Of a stretch of 64,000 nucleotides of DNA, positions 49,729 to 61,988 are shown in pieces. This DNA is from Trichodelitschia bisporula (taxonomy: Eukaryota): assembly GCA_010356995.1 (NCBI GenBank), contig ML996691.1, positions 440,174-504,173 of the forward strand. The letters run 5' to 3'. The notes under the pieces were generated by a model. That model was given only the letters and a program-made list of their open reading frames with translations. It did no database searches and was not told the DNA's origin. Numbering within the stretch: the first letter of the stretch is position 1; the number at the start of each line of letters is the position of its first letter. Made by a program: the position numbers and the translations under genes.

Positions 49729-52700
49729 ATGGCGGCCACCGGGGATCTGATCGACTTCAGCGTGATCGAAGACCATAAAGAAAATATCCAGTCCTTACCA
49801 GGCGGCCGGTCAGCACGCACTCTGGCCTCTGTAGTCGCACCACTGCAGCAGCGAAATTCTCCGTCTTTGTCCGACACTCAGAACCTGAAAGAGTCGGTTA
49901 AGCAGGAATATGAGAAGGAGCTGGAGGCAATAGACGAGGCGGACGACCCTCTCGACATCTACGATCGCTATGTCAAATGGACCATGGATGCCTACCCTGC
50001 GGCACAAGCCACCGCAGAATCGAGTCTGCTTCCTTTGCTTGAAAGAGCCACGAAGGCCTTCCTCAACTCGTCCCACTACAAGAACGATCCGCGGTACCTC
50101 AAACTCTGGCTGCTCTACATCCGCTTCTTTTCCGACTCACCACGCGAGACCTTCGCTTTCCTTGCCCGGAACAATATTGGGGAGGGTCTAGCTTTGTTCT
50201 ACGAGGAATATGCGGGTTGGTTGGAGGGCGCGGGCCGTTGGACACAGGCAGAGGAGGTCTTTTCCACAGGCATTGATCGGGAAGCAAGACCGAGTGAGCG
50301 CCTGATACGGAAGTTCGCTGAGTTTCAGCACCGGCGGGATACCAAGGCCCAAGAGTCGGACGGTCCGACGAGCCCAGCACTTCCGAAGTCCAGACCCGCT
50401 CTGGCCGCAAAGGTGGACCCATTTGCGAGCGCTACGCCTGCCGAGGACGACCCACAGGAACGGGATCGAGCTGCCGCTGCGGCAGCCCCAAAGACATCAC
50501 GCAAGAAGCTGGCCATATTTTCGGATTCGACAGACGCGCCAACCCCCGGTGCCGTCGATGGTGGCCAGGTTTGGGGCCACATTGGGTCGCTGAAGGATCG
50601 AAAGAAGGAGAACATGCGTGAGGCGCGGCCTTTGGCCGGGTCAACACTTGACGGAGGCAGGCGGATTGGGAGTGGTTCCAAGATGCTGGTCTACAAGGAC
50701 GAGGTATGTTCCCTGCATCCAACGCCATCCTCATTCTTATACGATTACAGGACTAATTGCTTTCTTATGTTGTACTTTACACAGACCGTAGGCACATCTA
50801 ATGAGGATAAATGGGCAACGCAAATACATGCCGACAGAGTCATCGTAAACCCCCGAACCGGACGGAAGGAATACGTTTTTTCCGCCCTGGAGCTCGTATA
50901 CCCAGATGGTTATGAGGATGAGTCGAACATTGAATACTGCTTTGAGGAGCTGCGCGCAAAGAGTCGAGGCTGGCTGGATATCGATTGGAACGAACGTAGA
51001 GCTGCAGTGCCGGATGTGCCACAGGAAACTCCAGTTGAGGTGGAAGAGGAAGCTCCAGATGAAGTGCATGAGGAAGCTCCGGATGAAGTGCAAGAGGAAG
51101 CTCCGGATGAGGTGCAAGAGGAAGCTCCAAAGGCCGATGAAGTTCACATGGATGCTCCAATGGGCAAGCTCTCCGTGTTCCAGGATGCGCTGGTGGACGT
51201 ACCTACGAAGATCTCCGTATTTCGAGAGGAATCGGCGCCTCCAACTTTGTCGGACAACGTACGATCTCCACTGGCAGCGTTCGGCAGCGATAAAAATGGC
51301 CGGCGGCCTCCAAAAGCCGAAAAGATTGCAGTTCTCCGCGACAGTCCCTCCAGGGCGTCTGAGAATCCCTTCCCAGAGCCACTTCAGGCGTCGCTGCAAC
51401 CGCAAGGAGGCCAACCCCTGAAGAGTCGCTCCATTGCTGTGCTTCGTGATGCCCCGATAGTGGATGACATTGGCCCTCGCCATCCGGTGTCCCAGGGCTC
51501 GAAAGTGCCACTCCTTCCGGCGGATGACGAAAATGACGAAAACGCCATACACACTCCCAAGGATGTACTCGCACCAAAGAAACCCCGGAAGCTGCACCGC
51601 GAAGACCGGGCTAATCGTACTCGGAAGATTAAAGTAACTGAGATCCATTCGGCGACAGAGACAGGTAATAGTGAAATTTTGCAGGGCTCAACATCTTGGC
51701 TGACCCTCACAGTGAAAGCGAATCTCGCTTCTCCCATGGGCCCCAAGAAGAAGCTGAAGAAGTCTTCGGAACCTACAATGACCGTCACTATCCACACAAA
51801 GGAAGCAATGAGTGAGATCTACGACATCTTCAACCAGCCGCTGAAGTCGCAGGCGGAAGCGGAGAAGACGGAGGACGATGATGAAGATGAGAGCGAAGAC
51901 GAAAGTGAAGAAGAAGAAGAAGATGACGACGAAGATGATTACACCAGTGGTGGGGAAAGCACAACAACGGGCAGGATATTTGCTGCGAGTGAATACGGCG
52001 ATACGACGACCGGCTTCACGGCCAACGGGGTGGCCCTTGATGTGACGCTCGGAGACGATACCGCCTGGTCAGACCCGACGGAATTGAAGCATCTGAATTT
52101 GGGTGGAAAGTCGTCGAACGCAGAGGACTCGGACGAGGCTAGCAATGCTTCAGATGACGACGCCACTGGTGAGACCGCCGGTGAGCTTACCGGTGATCAC
52201 ACTGGAGAACGAACCTCTAGCTCCGCAGCGTCGGTTGAACACGGCAATGACACCGCGAGTTCCATTCCGGAGTCAGCGGATGGGCCTCAAGTGCCTGCTC
52301 TGCCAATTCGCCAAAAGGGCCCTAACCGGCTACCGTTTATGACCCCTATTGTGGAACGGACCGAGTCATCAATAGGTGCAATGACGGCCTTTGCAGAGAA
52401 GGAGCACGTCGGGATGAAAACTCCTAGTCGGGAGAACAATGCCCATGCACCGTCAATTGAGTCAGGCGAAGAAGACCCCTGGAGCAGTCCGTTTCAGGAC
52501 ATGCTCAAGGAAGCTGAGAACAAGGAGAACGCTAGGCGTGTGTTGCAGGCCAAGGGATCGCCCAACAAGCCGCGCTCGCCGCTGAAGACCAAAAAATCCA
52601 ACTTGCTCCACGGCCGGGATGTTGTCACCGAGAAGGTTAACAGAGGCCCGATCATACAGGATATTCGTTGCAATCCGCTCGAAGAAGGCATCCGGTCCAC

Positions 52701-53934
52701 AATTCTCACCCAGGTGCAGCCACCCCTTGCATCGTACAATGGGTACTTTGACCGAAGAGGGACATCTTTGGGTAGAAGCGCAGACATCCGGAAATACGCT
52801 AAGGCTGTGGCAAAGAGCGGCAAGCAATCAAGCGAGAAGACGCTCTCCAGCCTCGCAATTGCCCCCGTCATTTGCCTTGAAGGCGCCCGGCGCGAGTACA
52901 CGGTCAGGCGGGAACTTGGCCGAGGGGCCTTTGCCCCCGTCTATCTGGCCGACAGCAGCGAACCCTCGGATGAGGCAGCCGATGATGTCGCAAGGATGGG
53001 TGAGGGCGCGTTCGGTGTGACACGCGGGACTCAAGAGGCACTAAAGATGGAAGATCCCCCATCAGCGTGGGAATTCTACATTATCCGCCAGGCAAAGCGC
53101 AGGTTGGGCGTATCTCGGCCGTGTGAGTCTATTGTCAACGTTCACGAAATGCACCTGTACGATGACGAGTGCTACCTCATCGAGGACTATCGGAACCAGG
53201 GCACGCTACTGGACCTTATCAACATCTGCAGGGCGGACGCTGCCGGTGGAGGCGCAATGGATGAGCAGTTGGCCATGTTCTTTACGATCGAGCTCTTCAG
53301 GACGATGGAAGCACTTCACGCCAAGGGACTGATCCACGGAGATATCAAACCGGACAACGTGCTTGTGCGGTTCGAAACTCTTCCGTCTGAGAACGCATGG
53401 ACTGCACAGTACCGTCGCGATGGCACAGGAGGCTGGTGCCAAAAGGGCGTCATGCTAATCGACTTCGGTCGGGGCATCGACATGAAGGTGTTCAAGCCCG
53501 AGGCGCAGTTCATCGCCGACTGGAAGACTAGCGAAGCCGACTGCGCAGAGATGCGCGAGATGCGACCTTGGACCTTTCAGGTTGACTACCACGGCCTGGC
53601 CGGGGTAGTTCATAGCCTATTGTTTGGCAAGTACCTAGAGACTGCTTCGGAGCGCAGTGCCACACTTGGAGCGGGTGCTACAAAAACATACCGCACCAGG
53701 GAGAGCTTGAAGCGGTACTGGCAAACGGAGATCTGGGGAGAAGTTTTTAACCTCTTGCTGAATCCGCTCATGCACCTTGAAAGGGAGGAGGAGCGGAAGC
53801 TTCCTGTGGTCACGGGAATGCGGATGCTGCGAGAGCAGATGGAGCAGTACTTGGAGGCCAATTCCGAGAAGGGAGCTGGGCTGAAGGCATTATTGAGGCG
53901 TATGGAAACGGCGGTCCGAGAGCGTAGGAGATGA
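49729..53934 (+). CDS. BUB1: Spindle checkpoint kinase Bub1/Mad3 (MadBub)
   Basis: KEN box DHKENIQSLPGGRSA, TPR domain (DDPLD, YKNDPRYLKLW), second KEN (RKKEN), GLEBS-like EYCFEELRA, PTMTVTIHTKEAMSEIYDIF, kinase GRGAFA/HGDIKPDN/IDFG. Introns 50704-50784 and 51665-51712. Confidence 0.96.
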   Translation: MAATGDLIDFSVIEDHKENIQSLPGGRSARTLASVVAPLQQRNSPSLSDTQNLKESVKQEYEKELEAIDEADDPLDIYDRYVKWTMDAYPAAQATAESSLLPLLERATKAFLNSSHYKNDPRYLKLWLLYIRFFSDSPRETFAFLARNNIGEGLALFYEEYAGWLEGAGRWTQAEEVFSTGIDREARPSERLIRKFAEFQHRRDTKAQESDGPTSPALPKSRPALAAKVDPFASATPAEDDPQERDRAAAAAAPKTSRKKLAIFSDSTDAPTPGAVDGGQVWGHIGSLKDRKKENMREARPLAGSTLDGGRRIGSGSKMLVYKDEVCSLHPTPSSFLYDYRTNCFLMLYFTQTVGTSNEDKWATQIHADRVIVNPRTGRKEYVFSALELVYPDGYEDESNIEYCFEELRAKSRGWLDIDWNERRAAVPDVPQETPVEVEEEAPDEVHEEAPDEVQEEAPDEVQEEAPKADEVHMDAPMGKLSVFQDALVDVPTKISVFREESAPPTLSDNVRSPLAAFGSDKNGRRPPKAEKIAVLRDSPSRASENPFPEPLQASLQPQGGQPLKSRSIAVLRDAPIVDDIGPRHPVSQGSKVPLLPADDENDENAIHTPKDVLAPKKPRKLHREDRANRTRKIKVTEIHSATETGNSEILQGSTSWLTLTVKANLASPMGPKKKLKKSSEPTMTVTIHTKEAMSEIYDIFNQPLKSQAEAEKTEDDDEDESEDESEEEEEDDDEDDYTSGGESTTTGRIFAASEYGDTTTGFTANGVALDVTLGDDTAWSDPTELKHLNLGGKSSNAEDSDEASNASDDDATGETAGELTGDHTGERTSSSAASVEHGNDTASSIPESADGPQVPALPIRQKGPNRLPFMTPIVERTESSIGAMTAFAEKEHVGMKTPSRENNAHAPSIESGEEDPWSSPFQDMLKEAENKENARRVLQAKGSPNKPRSPLKTKKSNLLHGRDVVTEKVNRGPIIQDIRCNPLEEGIRSTILTQVQPPLASYNGYFDRRGTSLGRSADIRKYAKAVAKSGKQSSEKTLSSLAIAPVICLEGARREYTVRRELGRGAFAPVYLADSSEPSDEAADDVARMGEGAFGVTRGTQEALKMEDPPSAWEFYIIRQAKRRLGVSRPCESIVNVHEMHLYDDECYLIEDYRNQGTLLDLINICRADAAGGGAMDEQLAMFFTIELFRTMEALHAKGLIHGDIKPDNVLVRFETLPSENAWTAQYRRDGTGGWCQKGVMLIDFGRGIDMKVFKPEAQFIADWKTSEADCAEMREMRPWTFQVDYHGLAGVVHSLLFGKYLETASERSATLGAGATKTYRTRESLKRYWQTEIWGEVFNLLLNPLMHLEREEERKLPVVTGMRMLREQMEQYLEANSEKGAGLKALLRRMETAVRERRR
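51022..51129 (+). repeat. 24-bp coding minisatellite (EEAPDEVQ/H) in BUB1
   Basis: GAGGAAGCTCCRGATGARGTGCAW three times plus a half copy, preceded by one degenerate unit. Confidence 0.9.
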
Positions 53935-54546
53935 GGTTTGGACGGGGGTCGCGGTGTTGAGGTGTACTGGCTGGCCGCTTGTTTGAGGGAGTTTGTTTAA
54001 CGGAGTCATGATGGGATTGGCCGCTGAGTGTCTTTTTCTGATGTTTATACTTGCCTATTGGCTGTTCTTCGAGATAGGGACGACATGTCTGATGGAGCAA
54101 GGGCGTTTTACGAGGGGTTTGTGTTTGAGGGAGATCAAGAAGACTACTTTTGTAGAGACAACTTGAATTGCCAGATATCACGTGAACGGTTGTATCCGCG
54201 CACCATTGAATTCGAAAATGTGGCGGATGTGTACGGCACGGTATATCTTGGCATTGTCCGCCACAATGCGGGACGCGGGGTGTGGCGGTGAGGGGACAAG
54301 CACGAGCCACCAAGAAAGCTAACCGCGTTGCTCTCTGCCTGATGCCTGGGGCTCCTTGTGCTTCGTTCCTTTCCAACTGATGAACAAGCTAAAGGCATGG
54401 AATTGCTGCAACGCCCTTGATTCTGTGCAGTCGGTATCCCTCTCGCTTGTCACAGCGTAATTTCTCTCTGGCCACAACATCTCCTACCGCCCTCTCACGC
54501 CCTCTTCTCTCCTTCTTGCCTTGCAGTGCAAACGGCCCCGCTCGAC

Positions 54547-56207
54547 ATGGCGGACTTAGCCTCACTGCTCCTAGAGTTCCCCCCGCAGGACGTAGAGCAG
54601 CTTACGCCGGAGGAATATGAGGCTCGGATCACTGCTTTTGTGGCGTCTCTACGCGAATACGGCCCACAGAGGGCTGCGGCCGTTGACGCGGAGCAAGACT
54701 TGCTCAAGGTATGCTCGGTCCTTCGCGCACACTTCAGGAGCTGACGGAGCTGCAGATCTTAGATCCGTCTATCAACTCTATAGCGTACCTGTTTGTTCTC
54801 AGCTGCCGGGCAAGTCGCCGAACGTTGAAGGCCCGGCTCTTCGATTCCACCTTCTGGGACCGGGCGGCCGAGTTCCTGCGTACGTTCGATCCCGTGCAGG
54901 TCAGATATGCGGGCACAGATCTGAGGAACTTATTGGAGGTGGTCGCTTCATTGGCAATGCAGTCTCAGTCGGTGCGGATAACTCCAGGATGGCTGGCAGG
55001 AAGAGCTAACAGGGATAGCCGGCTGCAGCAGTGCTTCCTCTCCGAGATGCTATCTTCCGCCTCGATCCATCCTCAGGCACGTTCACCTCGAACCATGTCC
55101 TGTTTCTCCAACTTTGCATCTCGTCCCGCTGCTTCAATGAATCGCTTCCGATCCTCGAGAGCGTGATTCATAGCTTCCCGACAGCCACACCACTGCAAAT
55201 TGACGGGCCATATCCGTGCTCGGATCACCACGACAGCAGCGGTTACATCACATTGCAGTCGGGACTAACGGCCCCAATCACTGTTAGCGACGTACAAGAT
55301 TACTACTCCATGGGCGCCTTGATATACATCGGGCTTCACCAGTGGTATGAAGCTGCAATGTTCTTGGAGCATGTCTTGGCGACGCCATCGCAAGGTGCGG
55401 TAAGCGGCCTGATGGTGGAGGCATACCAGAGATGGGTGCTGATATCATGTATTTATTATGGCGAGGTAAGCAGTTCCGGCCTTCGGTTACGGGGATGCAT
55501 TGACACTTGTACCAATAACAGGCGAAAGAGCTGTCGACCAAGCTGTATCAGCCAAATCTGATCCGGACGCTGAAGGCGTGTTCTAAGGCCTACGATCACC
55601 TAGCCGAGGTTGTTCAATCAAGGAACGCTTCTCGTCTGCAGGCTGAGATCCTTGCTGGCCTCCAGAAGTGGCACGAGGTATGAGGGTGCATGGTGAGCAG
55701 GGCCAGGCTGACGCAATTCAGGACGGGAACCTCGGGCTCGTGCAAGAGCTTAAAACCAGCCTGCCACTCTTCGCCGTGATCAACCTCCGGTGCACCTACG
55801 CGGCGCTGCCCATTACGGCGGTCGCCACCTTGCTGAATTTGACACCAGACGCTGCCACTGAGTTTGTTGAAGATGTCATTGAAGCCGGCCATATCAACGC
55901 CGTCCTCGAGTTTCCGGATGCGGCATCCTCGGGGCCGGTACTGCGGTTCTTCCATGATACATGCGGCGGCCCGCTCGTGACGACAGAAGATCAGCTCGTC
56001 GCGCAGCTGACGCAGCAGACCAGCAGGACGGTGCAGATTGCGAAGCACGTACGGGCGGCGAATCACCGCATCATGCTGCGCAATGACTACATTGACAGCC
56101 AGCGGCGGCGAGCAAAGCAGAAGCAAGAAGAGGTGCCAACGGCGGAGGTAGAGATGGGGTGGGACCCCACGGCTGTACCAGACGAGGACATCATGGTGGA
56201 CTCATGA
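54547..56207 (+). CDS. CSN3: COP9 signalosome subunit 3 (PCI domain)
   Basis: ILDPSINSIAYLFVL, FLRTFDPVQVRYAG, AIFRLDPSSGTFTSNH, MVEAYQRWVL, DGNLGLV, Y..L.I..V...L, acidic tail DEDIM. Introns 54709-54755, 54972-55018, 55466-55521, 55678-55721. Confidence 0.85.
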
Positions 56208-56800
56208 GTATCTCCAAGTGGAGTGAAAGCATGGCAGCATACTCGGTAATGGACAATTACCCATAAATGACTACGTAAGCGGGAAGCAACGGCGCGTGCG
56301 CACGCCTTGTAGCTGAGCAGTGAATCAGGCTGAGAAATGGCGGTCAATGGTGCTTTAGCGGCAGGGCGAAGGCGGTTTCTGGCGCGAGAGACGCGGGGGT
56401 TTATTCGGGTTTCTGGGCAGAAAGAGCGTATGGAGTCTGGGGAGGAGGTGGGATGGGGTCCTAGATATGAAGCTTGAAGGGTGTACTGGTAGCATTACAA
56501 GCGGAATACATATGATCTTGTTTCTCGGAGGTTCCCGCGAGTTCTGATGCAAGCATTGTGCCAGATGCTGTCTCTCGCAACCCCCCTGGCTTCAGTGCAA
56601 TGAGATGCAAGCCTGGGGGGGAGGGGGAGAGGATTGTTCTTGACTGATCAAGCCTTTTGATGGCTTGCATGGCCTGCAGGAGTGCAGTTCGGCCGTCCTC
56701 TTAGTTCAATGAATGCAGACAGACATTGGATTTCTAGCGGGATACTGTGAGTAGTTGACAATTGGCAGGTCTGGATGAGGGGAGAAGTGCAGAAAGCCAG

Positions 56801-56803
<3 letters not shown>

Positions 56804-56845
<42 letters not shown>
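56804..56845. repeat. (GA)21 microsatellite
   Basis: Direct reading. Confidence 0.95.
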
Positions 56846-56850
<5 letters not shown>

Positions 56851-57269
56851 GGAGAGATGCAGAGAGAGAGAGAAGGGGAGAAGGGGGGGGGAGCAAGAGG
56901 AGCAAGAGAGGCTAGGGATTGAAGCGATGGCTTCTCATTGGCTTTTACCTCAATGAGCAAAGGCCAGACGGATCTCCTGTCCTGGCCTGTCAAATGCCTC
57001 TTGTCCCTCTTGTTCCTCTTCGGTCACTTCTCCTGCTCTCCCCTTCGCTCTCCTCCCTTCTGTCTCCTCCTCTCCCTCGCCTCCCCTCGCCTCTATCCTG
57101 TCACTGCTACCCCTTCTTCTTCTTCGCCTTCTTCTTCCCCTGCAAAACTCCATCCTGTCTCTAATCCTCCTGATACTCCAAAAGCTCCCATACAGTATGT
57201 GGCTCTGACGAAAAGGTTAAAAAAAAGCAAAAATCGTTACGAAGTTCCCAAGTGCAACCACCCAAAAGT

Positions 57270-57291
57270 CCCCCCCCCCCCCCCCCCCCCC
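57270..57291. repeat. poly-C tract (C22)
   Basis: Direct reading. Confidence 0.95.
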
Positions 57292-57666
57292 AAACAACTT
57301 CCCAACCCACAAAACTTCCTGCCTATTCAGCTAGTGTTGAACAAGCGCGTGCACAAATTGTCCTTTTCATCCAAGTGCAATTCCTCATAATCTATCTTAT
57401 CCTGTCTATCTTCCTCACCTCCCGCTCGCCCTCCACAAAACCCCCCGGTTGCCCGGCTGCAGATACGAATAGAGACCAAGAGGTTCAGAAGGGAGAGAGA
57501 GGGTACTGTAACCCGCGAGTACATCTCCGAACAAAAAATAACGGGATACAACAACATACCTCCCAGCCAATCTCTTCCCTCCGAAACTCCCCCATACACA
57601 CCCCATACCATACCTATCAACGCGAACGTCATTTCATGTCGCTCCTCGGCTCGTTACAATCATAAC

Positions 57667-57843
57667 ATGCCCGTCGCTCTTGCGCGTGGTGGCATGCATG
57701 AGCTTTCGCTACTTGCCCCTCGTTCTTCGTCGATTCGTCCGGCTATCGGCGGTCTGAAACCCGCGGGCTCACGGTCCAGCAGCACGAGCATCACCTCCTT
57801 CAGCCACGAGGAGCGGACGAGCCTCCCTCCACGATCAGCATGA
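57667..57843 (+). other. 58-codon upstream ORF whose TGA overlaps the MIT gene ATG
   Basis: aacATG at 57667, MPVALARGGMHELSLLAPRSSSIRP...SLPPRSA*, stop TGA 57841-57843 within A-TGA-TG. Confidence 0.6.
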
Positions 57844-60800
57844 TGTTCGTCCCCACACAGCAGCACTCATCATCAGCATCGCCTTCGTCTTCTGCTCCCA
57901 CTGTCGCTATCGCTTCCGCTTCCGCTTCCGGTGCCGCTGCCGCCGCTTCCGTTGCGTCTCCATCGAAATCGAGGCGGCGCTCAAGCGCTGCCATCGCCGC
58001 GAATGCCTCCGCTGACGCCTCAGCTTTCATTGTCGCTCCAGATGTTGCCATACACTCGCTGAACTTCTGGGACCAGTCTCCTGCAAGTGCTGCCGCTGCT
58101 CCACCTGCTGCTCCTGCTCCTCCTACTGCTGCTGCAGTCAGGTCATCCCCGCAAAAGCACTTGCGCCGCTCTAGCTTCTCCAGGCGCCTCAGCCTGGGCA
58201 CCGCTGCCCCCTCGGAGTCTTCAACCCATGGCTCCATAGCGCGCAATCATCCGCCTGGAGCATCACCATCTGTTCGAGCCAGCAGTCGCAGTCCCACACG
58301 TAAAGTGCTGCCGGACGCCGTCGGCGCATCCCCCAAGCGCGCGCTCGACATCTCGAGAGAAAGGCCGGCCGACGCACCGACCGCCAGTCCCGCCCGCCGC
58401 CCACCCTCAAGCGCAAACCCCTACCACCACCACAACCACCCCACTCACAACCCGCGAGACTCGTCGCGCTCGGCCTCATCTGGCGGAAAGTCGTCATCAG
58501 AAGCGCCTCGGCGAGAGTCGGTCCGCCAGGCGGACGCGCCGTCGGAGAGGAATTCCGATTCCGCGAACCGTGAGCGACGCGAACGAGACAAGAAGGCCAT
58601 GCTCTCGCGCGCTCTGCAAAAAGCTCACACGGCTGTCGTGCTGGACAATGCGCAGAACTTTGAAGGTGCCATCTCCGCCTACGGAGACGCGTGTGAGCTG
58701 TTGCAGCAAGTTCTGGTCCGGAGCTCTGGTGAGGACGACAGACGAAAGCTCGATTCCATTGTAAGTTCATTTTCCGAGCACTCATCTCCGGGCACTGACC
58801 GGCCAGCGCACCACATACACGAATCGTATCCAAGAGCTACACCAGCTACGGTCGCAGTCCGAACAAAATGCCGACAAGTCCCTTCCACAGCCTCCAAGCG
58901 ATACCTCCCCAGACGGCGCGTCTCCCACACCATCCCTCGAGATGCCCGATGATGATGATGACGACGAGGATGACCCTGTGATAATTGAAACGGCAGTCAT
59001 GACGCGCGTGGTGCCGGACATGTCAATAAATCCTCGGTCGTCGTCCGTGCTGCCGGATCTGTTAGATTCTACACTAAAGGATGTGGAGGTGGGCACATTA
59101 AGTCGGCAGGATTCGGATGAAAGGTTTCTATCTGTAGAATCGCCCATGGACGCGAGCTATCTTCCGCCGCCTTTGTCGCCTCGCCGCACGAACCACACAG
59201 CCGCCGATCCTCCCATCGCGCAGAGTGATCCAGACCTGGACCTTGGCGACGCCATCCTCGATCCTCAGATAAGCAACGAGACGTCCGTTTCCTGGCTCGA
59301 CACAATTGATGAGTCCGGCGGCTCGTCGTGTGCATCGTCGGTCCACTCACTCACGCTGGGCGGCCTGCACCGGAAGCACATTCGTGTCCTGAGCGGCGAC
59401 ACGGAGGCGGAATTCGACGCTGCCTTGGACGCTGCTGTGGAGGCCGCGTATGACGACGGATTCGAGCCGTACGACAATGACCACCTCGCCGAAAACCGCG
59501 CCGTGCTATCCATGCGCAGCGAGTCACTGGGTGAAGACGCATACGTCTCAGAATCTAGCCATGAGGCTCGTGGCCCTCCGGGCCAGCAGGAGGCTGAACA
59601 GGACTATGAGTCGGAGAGCGATGACCACATGGAAGATGCCCGCGGCTACATCGATGGCTTCGACTTTGGCCTGCAGTCTAAGTCCGCACCTCCCCGCCAG
59701 TCGGACTCTAGCACCTTTTCCGGCAACACGTGGCACAGTTCAATATCTTCAAGCCGGACAGCCGCCACCTCTCTCTCCACCGTAGCTGAGACTGTCGACT
59801 CTGGGCTGACGCTTAGGGCCAACGGGAGCCTGCCGCGTCTGAGCGAGGAAGAAGCGCAGCGGGATCTGCCCCGCCAGGATTCCTTTGTCTCGCAGCGCAC
59901 AGCCGGCTCTGGCAGCGGCGTGCGAAGCAGGAGGATGTCGGGGCAGAACGCCAAGCAGCTCAAGATTGAGACAGCCATCCCTCACGTCACCAAGAAACCG
60001 CTGCCAAACAAGCCTGAAGAACTCGGCAAGCCGGACGAAAAGGCTGACGAGCAGCTTCTCCCTAGCTCTGTCTTCAAGCGGCCGGGCCCCGAGCAAAATC
60101 AACTTTCCATACCTCAGACCCTGACTCCTCTCCCCGCCGGCAGTCCTGTCGAGACTGCGGTTACTGTGTCACCAGCAACACCTGCGCTGAGCTTTGGCGA
60201 TGGCCTTCCGCTGCCGGCTTCCCCGGGCGGCAAGACGAGGTTCGCGCCACGTCCGCTGCCGCTCAAGAAGAATAAGTCGTCTATCAGCCTGAAGAACAGG
60301 ACCCTCTCAATGTCCAGCCCCGACGGGTCGGACGCGTCGTTAGGCACCCCGATGAGCACCACCTTCTCCTTTGCCCACCGGGGCCAGAAGCCCGCCTCGA
60401 ACTTGATTCCCATGATCTCCACGCCATCTGCGCCCACCTTTGCGACCGACATTGTCCCTAACACCGGTGTGGATCTTTTTGAAAGCGACTTACACTCGCC
60501 GTACGTCCCGGGCACGCCAAATCCCCTCGCCGCGAACGCTCCCATCCCGCTCGAGCCGTGTCCCGACAGCCACCTTCTGCGGCCGTTCTGGCTGATGCGG
60601 TGCTTCTACCAGACCATCGCACACCCACGCGGCGGTTACCTGTCCACCAAGCTCTTTGTACCCCGGGACGTATGGCGTGTCAAGGGCGTCAAGATCAAGG
60701 CAGTGGACGACAAGATTTCCACGTGCGATTTGCTCACCGCGGCACTGCTAAAGCTCGCCAGTGTCGACACGCTGGACGCCGATGCTGTACTGGACGAGAT

Positions 60801-61447
60801 GCAGGCCTTCGAGGCGCTGCTAGACCAAGCGCAGAGTAACCTGTCGAAGAAATTGGGCAACGACGTGGGCGCGCATGGGCTGTCGACTCTCTTCAAGGAC
60901 GGCGCGTCGGCCGATGGTGGCAACCAGGCGGCAGAAGCCGCATCCGCGTCCTCGGCGCGCACAGCGTCCACCGGCCGCTCCTATCTCACCTCGTGGCGCA
61001 AACTGAGGTCCAAGGGCTCGGCTGTGAATCTGACGTCGGTTCCTGCACGCGACACCAGCAAGGACACCTACACCATGAGTACTGTCCCGGTGACGACGTT
61101 GCCGAACCCGCGCTTCGCCAAGCGCGACCTCTCGCAGCTGGATCTGTCGGGGCCCCATGCTCTGTACATGGGCTCGCTGGCGCGCCTGTTTGACGCGGCC
61201 CAGATCATCGGTAGGTTGTTCGTGCTCTGTCCCTTGCTTCACCATTAACTAGCGGTCAGATCAAATCACACGGCAGGCCGAAGACCCCGGCCTGAAGCAC
61301 TCGTCGCCAACGCACGTCGGCCTGGAGCTTAGCACGAAGCGCGCCTCGGATTTCTTTGGGTTCTACGTCTGCCGCTTCGTGCTTCAGGACCTGAGCATGC
61401 TGCTCGACAAGTTCATCAAGCGCGGGAGCGAGTGGGTACTGGTCTGA
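57840..61447 (+). CDS. MIT-domain-containing protein (large fungal family)
   Basis: MIT helices KKAMLSRALQKAHTAVVLDNAQNFEGAISAYGDACELLQQV..RKLDSIRTTYTNRI; blocks SWLDTIDESG, EFDAALDAAVEAAYD, EPCP..LLRPFWLMR..HPRGGYLSTKLFVP, LDKFIKRGSEWVLV*. Introns 58761-58806 and 61211-61259. Confidence 0.85.
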
Positions 61448-61988
61448 GACAACGTTATTGTGCATATGATTCCCTTTTTTTGTTTGGTAGGAAATGGCTG
61501 GCGATGGCGTTGTACGGCGCATGTGCCCAAGGATTATGGTGTATATGTACTTGATACGTATGTCTGGGCCTCCGGCCTGCGATCCTATCCGATATCTCGG
61601 TGCCTTTGGCACCTATCCAACCTTTAGTCAGCCGACTGATTGTGAAGAGGTCTCTTCAGCCGACGTTCGGCGTTGCCATGCATGCCCGGGAACCCCCAAT
61701 ATTTCCGTGACAGGCTGCCAAGCGCATTATCCGATCTCCATATCCACGAATCGCAGCCAGTTCCGTTTAGATACTGATAGCCGCACGGGCACAAAGGCAT
61801 GCAGAGGCCGCGCGACATCTATCATAGCACTGACGGAATTCCCGGGATAATGCCTGGCCAGTTTATCAGGCAAGATTGGACGTCGACTTAAGCTCAGGAG
61901 ATTGCCCAAGCCTTATCGCTATACATAAAATGTGGATCGGTTCCTGGCCGCTGTGCACTGCGGTGCGTTCTTCCTTCCGTTTTTCATT

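Noticed and set aside
51022..51129. Regular repeats (also 24378-24590) as a CRISPR-like array
   Set aside because: Eukaryotic DNA; the repeats are contiguous without unique spacers.
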